Origin: Candidatus Latescibacterota bacterium
Lineage (GTDB): Bacteria > Latescibacterota > UBA2968 > GCA-2709665
Direction: 5' to 3'
DNA: 64,000 nt
Assembly: GCA_965116875.1 (NCBI GenBank)
Contig: OZ220733.1
Coordinates: 2,880,001-2,944,000, forward strand
A program made the translations under genes and the position numbers. This document shows positions 40,279 through 49,724 of the stretch, piece after piece; position 1 is the first letter of the stretch; every line of letters begins with the position of its first letter. The notes beneath the pieces were generated by a model. That model had not been told where the DNA came from. It searched no databases and was given only the letters and a program-made list of their open reading frames with translations.

Positions 40279-43200
40279 CTATTCCAACACCAGTTCCACC
40301 GACTGCTCCCGCTCCGTGCCCGCGTGGACGTCGCGGACCTTTACCTTCAGCAGAAACTCTCCTGAGCCGGCTTTGTTCAGGTCCAGCGCCAGAGACTCCC
40401 GTGTGTCGGGAGAATCGCCGAGTCGCTCCACCGTGACGGTGGTGGCGGGTTTTTCGCCGCTGCCGAAAATCCTGAGCAGCCGCTTGATTCCCTTCCTCTT
40501 CAGCCGGGTCAACCCGTACGAGACATCGAACGAGGTCGTGCCGCGCGCATCGGGTGTCAGATTGTAGAGCTCGAAATAGATGTACACCGGATCCTTGCGC
40601 GAGAACCGAAGCGAGGGATTCGGTACGGCCTGAATACCTCGAAGATTGAACCCATGGGAACCCTCGACGTCGGCCCGGATCACGTGGGCCGGCACGAGGC
40701 TGCTCATGTCAAGAGTCGTCTCCGAGAATTCCGGTATTCGCAGGTCCTGCTTCCACCCGCCAAGTAGGTTGTCCCGCGAGGGGCGGAGGAAAAACGCCGC
40801 GTGGCCTGAATCGGGGTCCGCGGAAAACCGGAGCACGCCAAAGCTCCGGTCTTTGTAACGCGACCGTTCGACGTGGGATTTACCCACGTATCCGGTCAGG
40901 TTTTCGTACCGGTTCCATTGCATGTCATGCAACGCCAGGCCGTATTCATAGATCGCAGCCGTATCGGGCAATTGACGAATGTCTTTCTTCAGGGCATTGA
41001 ATGGCATTCCGTAATACAGTTCAACGTCGCCCCTTCCGCGTTCGCCCTTGAAATACGCCAGGTAGGACTCGTAATCGAGGTCATCCACGTCGTCCTCCCA
41101 GGTATGGCGGTCCGTCTGCAGCCCCGTCTCTACTGACCGTTGCACTTCGCGCCTGAGTTTCTCATTCTCCCACCGGAGGCGCCGTCCGTAGTTCCCCGAA
41201 CCGGACAGGGACTCCACAAGACGCCAGTTGGAGCCCATACTGCTGGGCGTTGCCGCGAAATTGAACACCATCTTCTGAAATGCATCCGTCTTCCAGTAGT
41301 GCCAGACTTCGGCCATGGAGAATTTCTGCGTATCCGACGGGCGGCCGTGACGTATATAGATGAGCCCCGGATCGTTGAACCGGTCGTTCAACTCAACCGT
41401 CGTCGGATACGGGATGTTGTCGCCCTGGTCCGGATCGTAGAACCAGGTACGAAATCCATCGTAAATGTAATACCGTTCGGCATACAGGATCCGCCGGTAG
41501 TGCTCCGCCAGCCGAACGTTGGGAGACACGGCCGGGGTGGGGTCCCGGCTCACCCAGATCTTGCGGAAGAATTCCCGATAGGACTCCGGCGTTTCGAGCC
41601 TGGAAAACGCATCCATCTCCTCGACGGTTACGATGTATTTCACGTCCTCATACATCAGTTGCGCGTCCAGGGAGTCCCGAATGCTTTCCACGGCCTTGTA
41701 GTAATGGGATTCTCCCGTTTCGACTTCATCGCTTCCGTAAGCGATGCGCGTCAGGGAAAGATAGGCGGGTATTGCGCTCAGGGAAGGGTCCGACGCCAGC
41801 CAGGACCGCAGGACCGTGTCGGCCCGCGCCGTCCGTCCGGCGAGTCGCAGGGCCTCGCCCTCGAAGTACTGCGCGTATTCGGTACCATGCCTGCGCAACC
41901 ACTTCAAGGCGTCCTTCGGATCCGTATTGTCCAGGAAATACAGGTATAGACGCCGCAGCCTGCGCCGGTGTATGAGTTCGTCCGGCTTGATCCGCACCTG
42001 ACTCTCGCCGAGTCGGATCGCCTTTCTAAACGCCTTGTCGTAGCGTCTGAGTACCGCAAACTGATACAAAACGTCCCGGTATTGCGGCGCTTTATCCAGA
42101 AGTTGCCTGAAGTGCCGCTCCGACCGTCGCCAGTCCAGCCAGCGCGCTACCGTCCCCTTGTGCTTGCCGGATTCCCGGTAGGCGATCGCCCGCCGGTAGA
42201 GCGCTTCCGGGTTTTGCGGATCCCGGGCCAGAATCTGCCCCGTCCACTTCTTCTGGTCCCCCCAATCCTCGCCCCGCATCGCCACGTCGCTGAGCGCCTT
42301 TAACGCCGAAGGAGACCCGGGCGACCGCTTCAGCGCCTTCTTCAGATAGTATTCCGCGTCCTCCCCGGCGCCCTGCTCCATATAGACCCTGCCCAGCCCC
42401 ACATAGGAAGGCGCGTACCCGTCGTCTTCGGAGATCGCATCTTCGAACCGCTGTCTCGCCTCATCGTATCTGCCGGCAACCAGCAGCCCGACGCCCTGGT
42501 TGAATGCCGTCGGCCCCCGGGGGTCCGTCGCCAGCGCCGCGCGCGGCGCAGTGCGTGGGACGACACCGGGTCCGGAAGAACCCGGCCCGTGCCTTGCCGG
42601 AACGGGCGGCACACCGCGTTGCGCCCAGTATCCCGCTTCAAAACCCGTCGTCCGCTTGAAAGCCGCGGTCCGCTTCCGCGGCGCGGCCTTCAGGCGCTCC
42701 AGCAGCTTGTCGCTGTTGACGAGGTGGACCACGTGGACGCCCTCCATGTCCCGGATCGCCACGGGCTCCGCACGATCCAGCAACAGCCGTTCGGGGCGGG
42801 GCACCATCGTGGACGGAAAGACCACCATCCCACGCGCGGGCGGGTCATCCGCGGTCGCCCCGGGCGGCGCGTACACCCCGGTGGGATCCGAGACCGAAAC
42901 CACGGTGATCGCACCGGAGATGCCCCCGCCCTGAGCTTCATCGAGCCCCTCGGTCGCCAGGGCTACCGCCGCGGCGCTATGTACGGAGACATCCGCATTT
43001 ACGTTCGCCGCCTTCTCCAGCGTATTCTCGTCCGGCATGGCCTCCTTCGCAAAACCGGAGAACGCGGGAACATACACCACGCGAATGGTATCGGCGTCCC
43101 AGACGTCCGCCGCCAGCTGTCCCCGGGTACGATTTACGATCAGGATGTTGGGCGTCGCCGGCGCCGCCGTGAACAGGCGCACGGGGTCGCCCCACAACCC

Positions 43201-43629
43201 GTACAGATCCTCATCCTGCGCAACGCGGTTCATAAAGCCCATCAGGTTCAGGCTCACCCGCGCGTCTATGCGGCGCATACGGATATCGGCCAGAAGCAAC
43301 CGGGTCTCGTCGGCGCCGACCGAGCCCGCTTCCAGCGCCACGTTCATCGCGTCGACGTCCCGTTTGAGCTCCAGAAGCGACTTGCGGTTCCGGACTCGCA
43401 GGTCCTTGAGCATCTCCCTGAAGTCGCCCGTGGAGGACGGTGTCTCCGGCGCGGGTATTTCCGTGGAAACAGGCCGCCTTCCATCCCACTTCAGATGGAT
43501 GCTGTCCACCGTTCCCCCCATACCCTGTACCTGCACGTCCACCGTATCCCCGCGGGCCGAATTCGTGCCTGCCAATAACGCAAAGCCCAGGACGACTGAA
43601 ATCACGTGTCGCATAGCCGCTATCTCCAC
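40279..43629 (-). CDS. Large secreted TPR + degenerate GWxTD-like protein (paralog 1)
   Basis: 1116 aa, signal peptide, extra N-terminal region of roughly 350 aa, TPRs, W.SRDPTP...N.RLAEHYRRI.YA, variant RFNDPGLIYIRHG.P, PNP/YFELYNL. Start overlaps or abuts the anti-sigma stop. Confidence 0.8.
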   Translation of the reverse strand: MEIAAMRHVISVVLGFALLAGTNSARGDTVDVQVQGMGGTVDSIHLKWDGRRPVSTEIPAPETPSSTGDFREMLKDLRVRNRKSLLELKRDVDAMNVALEAGSVGADETRLLLADIRMRRIDARVSLNLMGFMNRVAQDEDLYGLWGDPVRLFTAAPATPNILIVNRTRGQLAADVWDADTIRVVYVPAFSGFAKEAMPDENTLEKAANVNADVSVHSAAAVALATEGLDEAQGGGISGAITVVSVSDPTGVYAPPGATADDPPARGMVVFPSTMVPRPERLLLDRAEPVAIRDMEGVHVVHLVNSDKLLERLKAAPRKRTAAFKRTTGFEAGYWAQRGVPPVPARHGPGSSGPGVVPRTAPRAALATDPRGPTAFNQGVGLLVAGRYDEARQRFEDAISEDDGYAPSYVGLGRVYMEQGAGEDAEYYLKKALKRSPGSPSALKALSDVAMRGEDWGDQKKWTGQILARDPQNPEALYRRAIAYRESGKHKGTVARWLDWRRSERHFRQLLDKAPQYRDVLYQFAVLRRYDKAFRKAIRLGESQVRIKPDELIHRRRLRRLYLYFLDNTDPKDALKWLRRHGTEYAQYFEGEALRLAGRTARADTVLRSWLASDPSLSAIPAYLSLTRIAYGSDEVETGESHYYKAVESIRDSLDAQLMYEDVKYIVTVEEMDAFSRLETPESYREFFRKIWVSRDPTPAVSPNVRLAEHYRRILYAERYYIYDGFRTWFYDPDQGDNIPYPTTVELNDRFNDPGLIYIRHGRPSDTQKFSMAEVWHYWKTDAFQKMVFNFAATPSSMGSNWRLVESLSGSGNYGRRLRWENEKLRREVQRSVETGLQTDRHTWEDDVDDLDYESYLAYFKGERGRGDVELYYGMPFNALKKDIRQLPDTAAIYEYGLALHDMQWNRYENLTGYVGKSHVERSRYKDRSFGVLRFSADPDSGHAAFFLRPSRDNLLGGWKQDLRIPEFSETTLDMSSLVPAHVIRADVEGSHGFNLRGIQAVPNPSLRFSRKDPVYIYFELYNLTPDARGTTSFDVSYGLTRLKRKGIKRLLRIFGSGEKPATTVTVERLGDSPDTRESLALDLNKAGSGEFLLKVKVRDVHAGTEREQSVELVLE

Positions 43630-44093
43630 TGTTGCTCCAGTTCGGCTTCCATATCCAGGATTGACGCCTTGATCTGAGCCAGTTCCTTCCGCACCGGCGC
43701 CGTTCTTCCGTTCCCCGCCGGTGCGTTGGTTTCATACACCTCGATTCCCCAGACCGCAAGCATCAGCACCGTGGCCACCGCAACGGGCGCAAGCACCCCG
43801 CGAGGGATCCTCTCAATGAGGTCCTGGAGGCGCCATCGAACCCGTCCCGGCCGGGTCCCCAACCGTTCCGACAGACCATCCCAGAACCCGGCTGGCGCCG
43901 CCTCGTTCGCGACGGACGCCGCAAAATGGCTCCGGACCGCGTCCTCGCTTCGCTGCAGCCGCTCGAACGCAGGCGCGCAGTCCCCGCACCGCACAAGGTG
44001 TATTCGCATCGCCTCTTCTTCCGCCGGCGATAAATCGCCGTCCAGATAGCGGTGCATTCGCTTCCTTGTCATACGACATTCCAGATTCGGCAT
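43620..44093 (-). CDS. Zinc-binding anti-sigma factor (zf-HC2/ZAS) with a single TM helix
   Basis: C...YLDGDL......HLVRCGDC (HxxxCxxC), TM segment VLAPVAVATVLMLAVWGI, adjacent to the ECF sigma. Confidence 0.88.
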   Translation of the reverse strand: MPNLECRMTRKRMHRYLDGDLSPAEEEAMRIHLVRCGDCAPAFERLQRSEDAVRSHFAASVANEAAPAGFWDGLSERLGTRPGRVRWRLQDLIERIPRGVLAPVAVATVLMLAVWGIEVYETNAPAGNGRTAPVRKELAQIKASILDMEAELEQQWR

Positions 44094-44110
44094 GTTGCAA
44101 TCCTTTCTTA

Positions 44111-44190
44111 GAAGCTGTCTTAAAATTACCGGTGAGTTCCCGGCGCTTTTGCAGCCGCGCGAAGACCGCTGGGAATTTTAAGACAGCTTC
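44111..44190. mobile_element. 80-bp MITE-like element with perfect 17-bp terminal inverted repeats
   Basis: GAAGCTGTCTTAAAATT (44111-44127) and AATTTTAAGACAGCTTC (44174-44190); no ORF inside. Confidence 0.65.
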
Positions 44191-44199
44191 CTGTTTCGG

Positions 44200-44760
44200 T
44201 CAATCCAGCAGATCCTGCCTTTCGATCTCCCTATGCAGTTTTTCGCGCGCCCGGTGGAGCCGGGACTTGACCGTGCCTTCAGGGATGTTCAGTATTTCCG
44301 CGATCTCACCGCAGGCGAGTTCCTGCAGATAGGTCAACACCACAACCTCTTGGAGCTTTGCCGGCAAACGGTCGATGATCGCCCGCAGGCGAATTCGCGC
44401 GTCCCGTTTCGCAAACTGGGTGTCGGGCGCTTCTGTATCCGACGACGCCAGTCCACCGAACCACGCGGGCGGCGTCAGTCGCTCGAACAGACGCCGTCGC
44501 CTCCGCCTGCGCACGTTCAGGGCGGTCCGAATCGCAATGCGGTATATCCACGCCTGAAACGGGACCTTCGCTGAAAACGAACCCAGCCCCCGGTACGCGC
44601 GGACAAACGCATCCTGAGCGGCCTCTTCCGCCTCCTCCCGGCTGCCCAGAACCGCGAGCGCAACGCGGAAAACGAAGTCCTGGTGGGGTTCGATCAACCT
44701 CCGGAACGCGTCCTGATTTCCTGTGAGACATTGCTGGATCAGGAACCGTTCCTGGGGCAT
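44200..44760 (-). CDS. ECF RNA polymerase sigma factor (sigma24/RpoE/SigW-like)
   Basis: Region 2 AEEAAQDAFVRAY..F.AWIYRIA; region 4 EIAEILNIPEGTVKSRLHRAR. Likely start ATG 44760 (GGAG RBS). Confidence 0.92.
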   Translation of the reverse strand: MPQERFLIQQCLTGNQDAFRRLIEPHQDFVFRVALAVLGSREEAEEAAQDAFVRAYRGLGSFSAKVPFQAWIYRIAIRTALNVRRRRRRRLFERLTPPAWFGGLASSDTEAPDTQFAKRDARIRLRAIIDRLPAKLQEVVVLTYLQELACGEIAEILNIPEGTVKSRLHRAREKLHREIERQDLLD

Positions 44761-45028
44761 TCGGGACTCCGGCGTATCGGCGCGCTGAGGAATCGGTATC
44801 GTGAGTTGATTTTGTAGTTCTACGGATAACACTTTTTTACCCGCAATCGGCAGAAGAAGCGCGATATTCCCTGTTTCACACTTTACAAGACACAGCTCGA
44901 GTGGAGCCGGTTCAGTATAAATTCGCCAGTTCGTCCGAAAAAGCAACAGTTATTGCGTGGAAACGAAACGCATTCCTGCAGATTCCGTTCACCTCGAGGC
45001 TGCCCGCCGCCCGCCGCAGAATAATCCC

Positions 45029-45057
45029 TTGACGCGTATTACCCATGTCCGTACTAT
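45029..45057 (+). promoter_or_regulatory. Sigma70 promoter
   Basis: TTGACG-N17-TACTAT upstream of the gene at 45127. Confidence 0.6.
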
Positions 45058-45126
45058 TTCGTTGTTGAGGCGCAACAGAGCGAACACGCCCCGCCCCTGT
45101 TCACCAACATCTCGGAGATTTGACCC

Positions 45127-46497
45127 ATGCCGGACCCCAAATACCTTCTCGACGACCGGAAAATGCAGGAATTCATCGCCAATGGGTTCATCACGATCAA
45201 GGTGGACCTTCCGCCGGAGTTCCACGAAGAAATCTACCGGAAGACCGACGAAGTCTTCCTGAAGGAAGGCAACCCCGGCAACAACGTCCTGCCGCGCATT
45301 CCCGAAATCCAGACCGTATTCGACCAGCCGGAAGTCAACGGCGCCTTTTCGTCCATCCTCGGGCATGATCACACCATGCACGTCCACCGGCACTGCCACT
45401 TCAACAAACCCAACGGCCCGGGCGGAGGATGGCACAAAGACAGCTACTGGGGTTATTACAAGCTGCGTTATCATCGCAACCGGTGGGCGATGGCCTTCTA
45501 TTATCCCCAGGACGTGGAATTGATCAACGGACCGACGGGCGTCATTCCCCACACGCATTGCTACATGGACCGCCTCGAGGATCCGGACGACGCCGGAGTT
45601 TCCGTATGCGGAGAAGCGGGTACGATCGCAATCGTCCATTTCGACATCTGGCACAGGGCCATGCCCAACCAGGTGGACTTGAGACGGTATATGATGAAAT
45701 TCCAGTTTACCCGCATGTCCGATCCCACGCAGCCGGAGTGGAACCACACCGACGAGGCCTGGAGCAACACGGACGTGGGCGACAGGCACCCGTTTGTCTG
45801 GAACAGCATCTGGGAGTGGTCGCGCGGCTCGAACGCCAACGGACACGCCGGCAACGTGGACGCGCTCACCCGGACGCTCCGCGACGGCGACGAACATGCC
45901 CGGCTCAACGCGGCGTACGAACTGGCCGCTACCGGAGAGCCGGCTGTCGGTCCGCTTTGCCGGGCCCTTCAGGCCGAGGATGAAAACGTCAAGCTCAACG
46001 CCGCCTACGCGCTGGGCGCGGTTGGAGAACCCGCAGTATCCGAACTGGCGGCTGCGCTTGGTGATGACGATGAGAAGGTGCGCGGCCATGCCGCCTTCGC
46101 GCTGGGCGACGCGGGACCGGCGGCCGCGGAAGCGGTGTCAGCACTCGCGAATACGTTGAAGGATCCGTCTGAATGGGTACGCCACCACGCGGCCGAGGCC
46201 CTGGGCACCATCGCCGGCAATCCGGACGAGGCCGTGCCCGCATTGGCGAACGCGCTGAAGGACGATGACAGCCAGGTCCGCTACACCGCGGCCTACTCGC
46301 TGGCGCGATTCGGGGCGGACGCCGAAGGCGCCATTCCCGCGCTGGGCGAGGCACTGCAGGATGAGAATCGCTACGTCTCCGGGCATGCCGCGGTGGGGCT
46401 GCAGTATATCGGCACGCCTGAGGCGCTCAACATCCTTCTGGACCATCTCTCCACGGCGCGATGGTGTCCGATAACGACGAGGGAAGATCTGTATTAG
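45127..46497 (+). CDS. PhyH-family Fe/2OG dioxygenase fused to HEAT (PBS-lyase) repeats
   Basis: WHKD, GPT.VIP.TH and WHRA motifs; C-terminal L.D.D..VR..AA.ALG repeats. Confidence 0.85.
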   Translation: MPDPKYLLDDRKMQEFIANGFITIKVDLPPEFHEEIYRKTDEVFLKEGNPGNNVLPRIPEIQTVFDQPEVNGAFSSILGHDHTMHVHRHCHFNKPNGPGGGWHKDSYWGYYKLRYHRNRWAMAFYYPQDVELINGPTGVIPHTHCYMDRLEDPDDAGVSVCGEAGTIAIVHFDIWHRAMPNQVDLRRYMMKFQFTRMSDPTQPEWNHTDEAWSNTDVGDRHPFVWNSIWEWSRGSNANGHAGNVDALTRTLRDGDEHARLNAAYELAATGEPAVGPLCRALQAEDENVKLNAAYALGAVGEPAVSELAAALGDDDEKVRGHAAFALGDAGPAAAEAVSALANTLKDPSEWVRHHAAEALGTIAGNPDEAVPALANALKDDDSQVRYTAAYSLARFGADAEGAIPALGEALQDENRYVSGHAAVGLQYIGTPEALNILLDHLSTARWCPITTREDLY

Positions 46498-46557
46498 ATA
46501 TGTTCCCAATCGGGACACCATCTGCGCGTTGCGGTGCCGGGTTTCGCATGAAGCGGT

Positions 46558-46650
46558 GAGACGGTAGAAGAAACCCTTGCCCGGTATGTTTTTCCTCCTT
46601 GCCTTCGGCACGAAAAGAATTCTCACGAGGCAGGCGATCTCCTCCCTCTT
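46558..46650 (+). repeat. Dispersed repeat family B, copy 1 (abuts a family-A arm at ~46640-46690)
   Basis: AGAAGAAACCCTTGCCCGG..TCCTTGCCTTCGGCACGAA..AGGCAGGCGATCT is similar to 59213-59337 and to the reverse complement of 51946-52065. Confidence 0.75.
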
Positions 46651-46717
46651 TCCTTTAGGAGAGAGGTCTGCGGGGTTGGGGGCAGAGGTCTCCCCGGGGT
46701 GCATACATGAGGTGTTT

Positions 46718-47851
46718 ATGCCAACAACATTGTCCAGAACGCTCATCTGTCTCGTCGTACCGATTCTCCTTGCGGCCTGCGGCGGGGAGGAAAAACCCGC
46801 GCCCCCTGCGTCGGCGCCGGCGCCTGCAGAGACCACGGACAACACCCCCCGGCAGCCCAGACCCCTGCTGTCGGACAGCACGTTCGGCGCCGACTCGAAC
46901 CCCACGGGCAATCCCATCGGCGGGGGAGACGGATACGACCAACTGGTCGAGGAATACGACTACTTCGTCACCGGCCGGGCGGAGCTTCTCGACGCGCTCA
47001 AGCAGGCGACCCAGGGCCAGGTGGTCTATCTGTCGGACACCTCCAGGGTCGATCTGACGGGCGATCAGAATATCGAGATCCGCGCCGGCGTGACGCTGGC
47101 CAGCGGGCGGGGCAAACCGGATTCAGAGGGTGGTCTGGTCTTTTCCGACGAACTCGAGACCATTCCCCTTTTTTTGGCGACGGGTCCAAACGTCCGTGTG
47201 ACGGGCCTGCGGCTTCAGGGTCCGGATACGATGAGGCGCACCGAGCAGATGAGGCAACTGTATTCGGAGGACAGGTACTACAGCATACCCAACTCGCGCG
47301 CCATCCAGACCGCGCATCCGAAGCTTGAGGTGGACAATTGCGAACTCTGGGGCTGGAGCCACGCCGCGGTTTTCCTCCGGGCCAATTCCACGGAGAACCA
47401 CATCCACCATAACTTTTTTCACCACAACCAGCGCAGCGGGCTGGGTTACGGCGTCTCTATGGACCGATCCGATGCCCTCATTGAAGCCAACCTGTTCGAC
47501 TGGTGCCGTCACCACATCGCCGGTACGGGCAGGCCCGGCACAAGCTACGAGGCCCGCTACAACCTGGTCCTGGAAAACGCCAACAGCCACAGCTTCGACA
47601 TGCACGGCGGCAGGGACCGGGACGACGGTACGGACGTCGCCGGCACCGTTATTGCCATACATCACAACACGTTTCTGGCGATTGACGTGGCGGCTGTTGT
47701 CATCCGGGGCGTTCCCGAGGAATATTGCGACATCTACAACAACTGGTTCATCCACGCTGTCCCGGGCGTCGCCGTCAAACAGACCAACGCCAAGGGCAAC
47801 GTCCGCCACTACTCAAACCAGTACACCAACGATCGGGTCGTCAAGGATTGA
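46718..47851 (+). CDS. Lipoprotein with right-handed beta-helix, copy 1
   Basis: Lipobox LAAC, Pro-rich linker, NPIGGG.GY, HIHHN..HHNQR.GLGYGV and FDMHG. GAGGT RBS, start 46718. Confidence 0.8.
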   Translation: MPTTLSRTLICLVVPILLAACGGEEKPAPPASAPAPAETTDNTPRQPRPLLSDSTFGADSNPTGNPIGGGDGYDQLVEEYDYFVTGRAELLDALKQATQGQVVYLSDTSRVDLTGDQNIEIRAGVTLASGRGKPDSEGGLVFSDELETIPLFLATGPNVRVTGLRLQGPDTMRRTEQMRQLYSEDRYYSIPNSRAIQTAHPKLEVDNCELWGWSHAAVFLRANSTENHIHHNFFHHNQRSGLGYGVSMDRSDALIEANLFDWCRHHIAGTGRPGTSYEARYNLVLENANSHSFDMHGGRDRDDGTDVAGTVIAIHHNTFLAIDVAAVVIRGVPEEYCDIYNNWFIHAVPGVAVKQTNAKGNVRHYSNQYTNDRVVKD

Positions 47852-47929
47852 GATAAATACGATGGACGATCTGTTAAAGAATAACGCGATGGTGAGCGGA
47901 TCGATCTTCTCCACGGGATGAGGTCAGAT

Positions 47930-49057
47930 ATGACAACGTCCGTTATCAAGCTGCTTGCCTGTCTCGCGGTTCTTTTTTGTGTCGCGTCCTGCGGCGGCGA
48001 GGAAACGCCGCCTGCGCCCGAGCCGGAGCCCACCGAACCGACGGGCGGACGGGACCTGAGCGACCGCGCACTGTTATCGGACGACAAGTTCGGGGCCGAC
48101 TCGAACCCCACCGGAAATCCCATCGGCGGCGGCGAGGGATACGATCAGCTTGTCGAGGAGTACGACTACTTCGTCACCAGCCGGGCGGAGTTGCTGGATG
48201 CGCTGAAGCAGGCGACGGGGGGGCAGGTGGTCTACGTGGCGGATACCGCGAGGGTGGACCTGACCGGTGACACGGACATCGAGATCCGGGCGGGCGTCAC
48301 GCTTGCCAGCGGCCGGGGCAAGCCCGATTCCGACGGCGGCCTCATTTTTTCGGAACAGCTGGATACGGCCCCGTTGTTCGTCGCCATCGGTCCGGACGTT
48401 CGCCTTACCGGACTCAGGCTGGAGGGACCCGACTCGATGAGGCGTACCGAACAGATGACGCAACTCCTGTCGGAAGGGCGGTTCTACAGCATACCCAACT
48501 CCAGGGCCATCGAGACCTTCCAACCAAGGCTGGAAGTGGACAACTGCGAACTCTGGGGCTGGAGCCACGGCGCGATTTTCCTCCGGAGGAATTCAACGGA
48601 CAACCACATCCACCACAACTATATCCACCATAATCAGCGCCACGGCCTCGGCTACGGCGTGGTGATGGACAATTCCGAAGCGCTTATCGAAGCCAACCTG
48701 TTCGACTGGTGCAGGCACCACATCGCGGGCACGGGCAGGCCGAACACCAGCTACGAGGCCAGATACAACATGGTCCTGGAAAATGCCAACAGTCACAGCT
48801 TCGATATGCACGGCGGCAGAGACCGAGAAGACGGAACGGACATTGCCGGGAACGTCATTCTCATCCACCACAACACGTTTCTCGCCGTCGACGTGGAGGC
48901 GGTGGTCATCCGGGGCATACCGCGGGATATCTGCGAAGTCTACAACAACTGGTTTATCCACTGGCTCCCGGCTACGGCAATCAGACAGGTCTACGCCACG
49001 GGAAATATGAGAAACTACTCAAACCAGTACACGCACACCCGGGTCGTGAAGGACTGA
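47930..49057 (+). CDS. Lipoprotein with right-handed beta-helix, copy 2
   Basis: Lipobox VASC; long identical stretches with copy 1. Confidence 0.8.
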   Translation: MTTSVIKLLACLAVLFCVASCGGEETPPAPEPEPTEPTGGRDLSDRALLSDDKFGADSNPTGNPIGGGEGYDQLVEEYDYFVTSRAELLDALKQATGGQVVYVADTARVDLTGDTDIEIRAGVTLASGRGKPDSDGGLIFSEQLDTAPLFVAIGPDVRLTGLRLEGPDSMRRTEQMTQLLSEGRFYSIPNSRAIETFQPRLEVDNCELWGWSHGAIFLRRNSTDNHIHHNYIHHNQRHGLGYGVVMDNSEALIEANLFDWCRHHIAGTGRPNTSYEARYNMVLENANSHSFDMHGGRDREDGTDIAGNVILIHHNTFLAVDVEAVVIRGIPRDICEVYNNWFIHWLPATAIRQVYATGNMRNYSNQYTHTRVVKD

Positions 49058-49181
49058 GCAACGAACCGTTGTTCGCCCGAATTGCAGGGTAACGCGACGT
49101 TTACGGCCTGCGAACCCGAGCGATTCAGAGCCGGGAACCACGCATTCAGGTCGCGCACGATTGCATACAGGAGTCCTGAGA

Positions 49182-49634
49182 ATGTCGAAGCAGTGGAAGG
49201 TGTACCTGGCCGGCGAAATCCACAGCGACTGGCGGGACCGGATCGTAAGCGCCGCAACGAAAAGGGATCTTCCGGTTTCCTTCACGGCCCCGGTGACCGA
49301 CCACGCCGCCAGCGACAACTGCGGCGTGGACATCCTGGGCCCCGAGGAATCCTCATTCTGGAAGGACCACAAGGGCGCGAAGATCAACGCCATCCGGACA
49401 CGGACGCTCATTGGCGATGCCGACGTGGTGGTTGTGCGCTTCGGAGGCAATTACCGGCAGTGGAACGCGGCGTTCGACGCGGGCTTCGCCGCCGCCCTCG
49501 GCAAACCCATTGTCGTGATCCACGACGCGGGCATCGCCCACGCGCTCAAGGAAGTCGACTCGGCGGCGCTGGCGGTGGCGGAGACACCGGAACAGGTGGT
49601 GGACGTACTCGCTTACGCGATCCGGGAGACCTGA
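49182..49634 (+). CDS. YtoQ family protein (nucleoside 2-deoxyribosyltransferase-like)
   Basis: VYLAGEIHSDWR, PVTDH.ASD.CG..ILG.E, YRQWNAAFDAG, HALKEVD. Confidence 0.85.
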   Translation: MSKQWKVYLAGEIHSDWRDRIVSAATKRDLPVSFTAPVTDHAASDNCGVDILGPEESSFWKDHKGAKINAIRTRTLIGDADVVVVRFGGNYRQWNAAFDAGFAAALGKPIVVIHDAGIAHALKEVDSAALAVAETPEQVVDVLAYAIRET

Positions 49635-49695
49635 ACGGCGTATTCCGAAATTGGTTTTTTCCCCGCATCCGCCGTGCCGGCGCACAAAAAACACC

Positions 49696-49724
49696 TTGAA
49701 AGATGAACAAAGATGCACTATATT
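49696..49724 (+). promoter_or_regulatory. Sigma70 promoter of parE
   Basis: TTGAAA-N17-TATATT. Confidence 0.6.

Noticed and set aside
44761-44960. Autoregulatory ECF promoter (TGAAAC on the minus strand near 44873-44878)
   Set aside because: There is no matching CGT-type -10 at the expected spacing, so I could not support it by eye.
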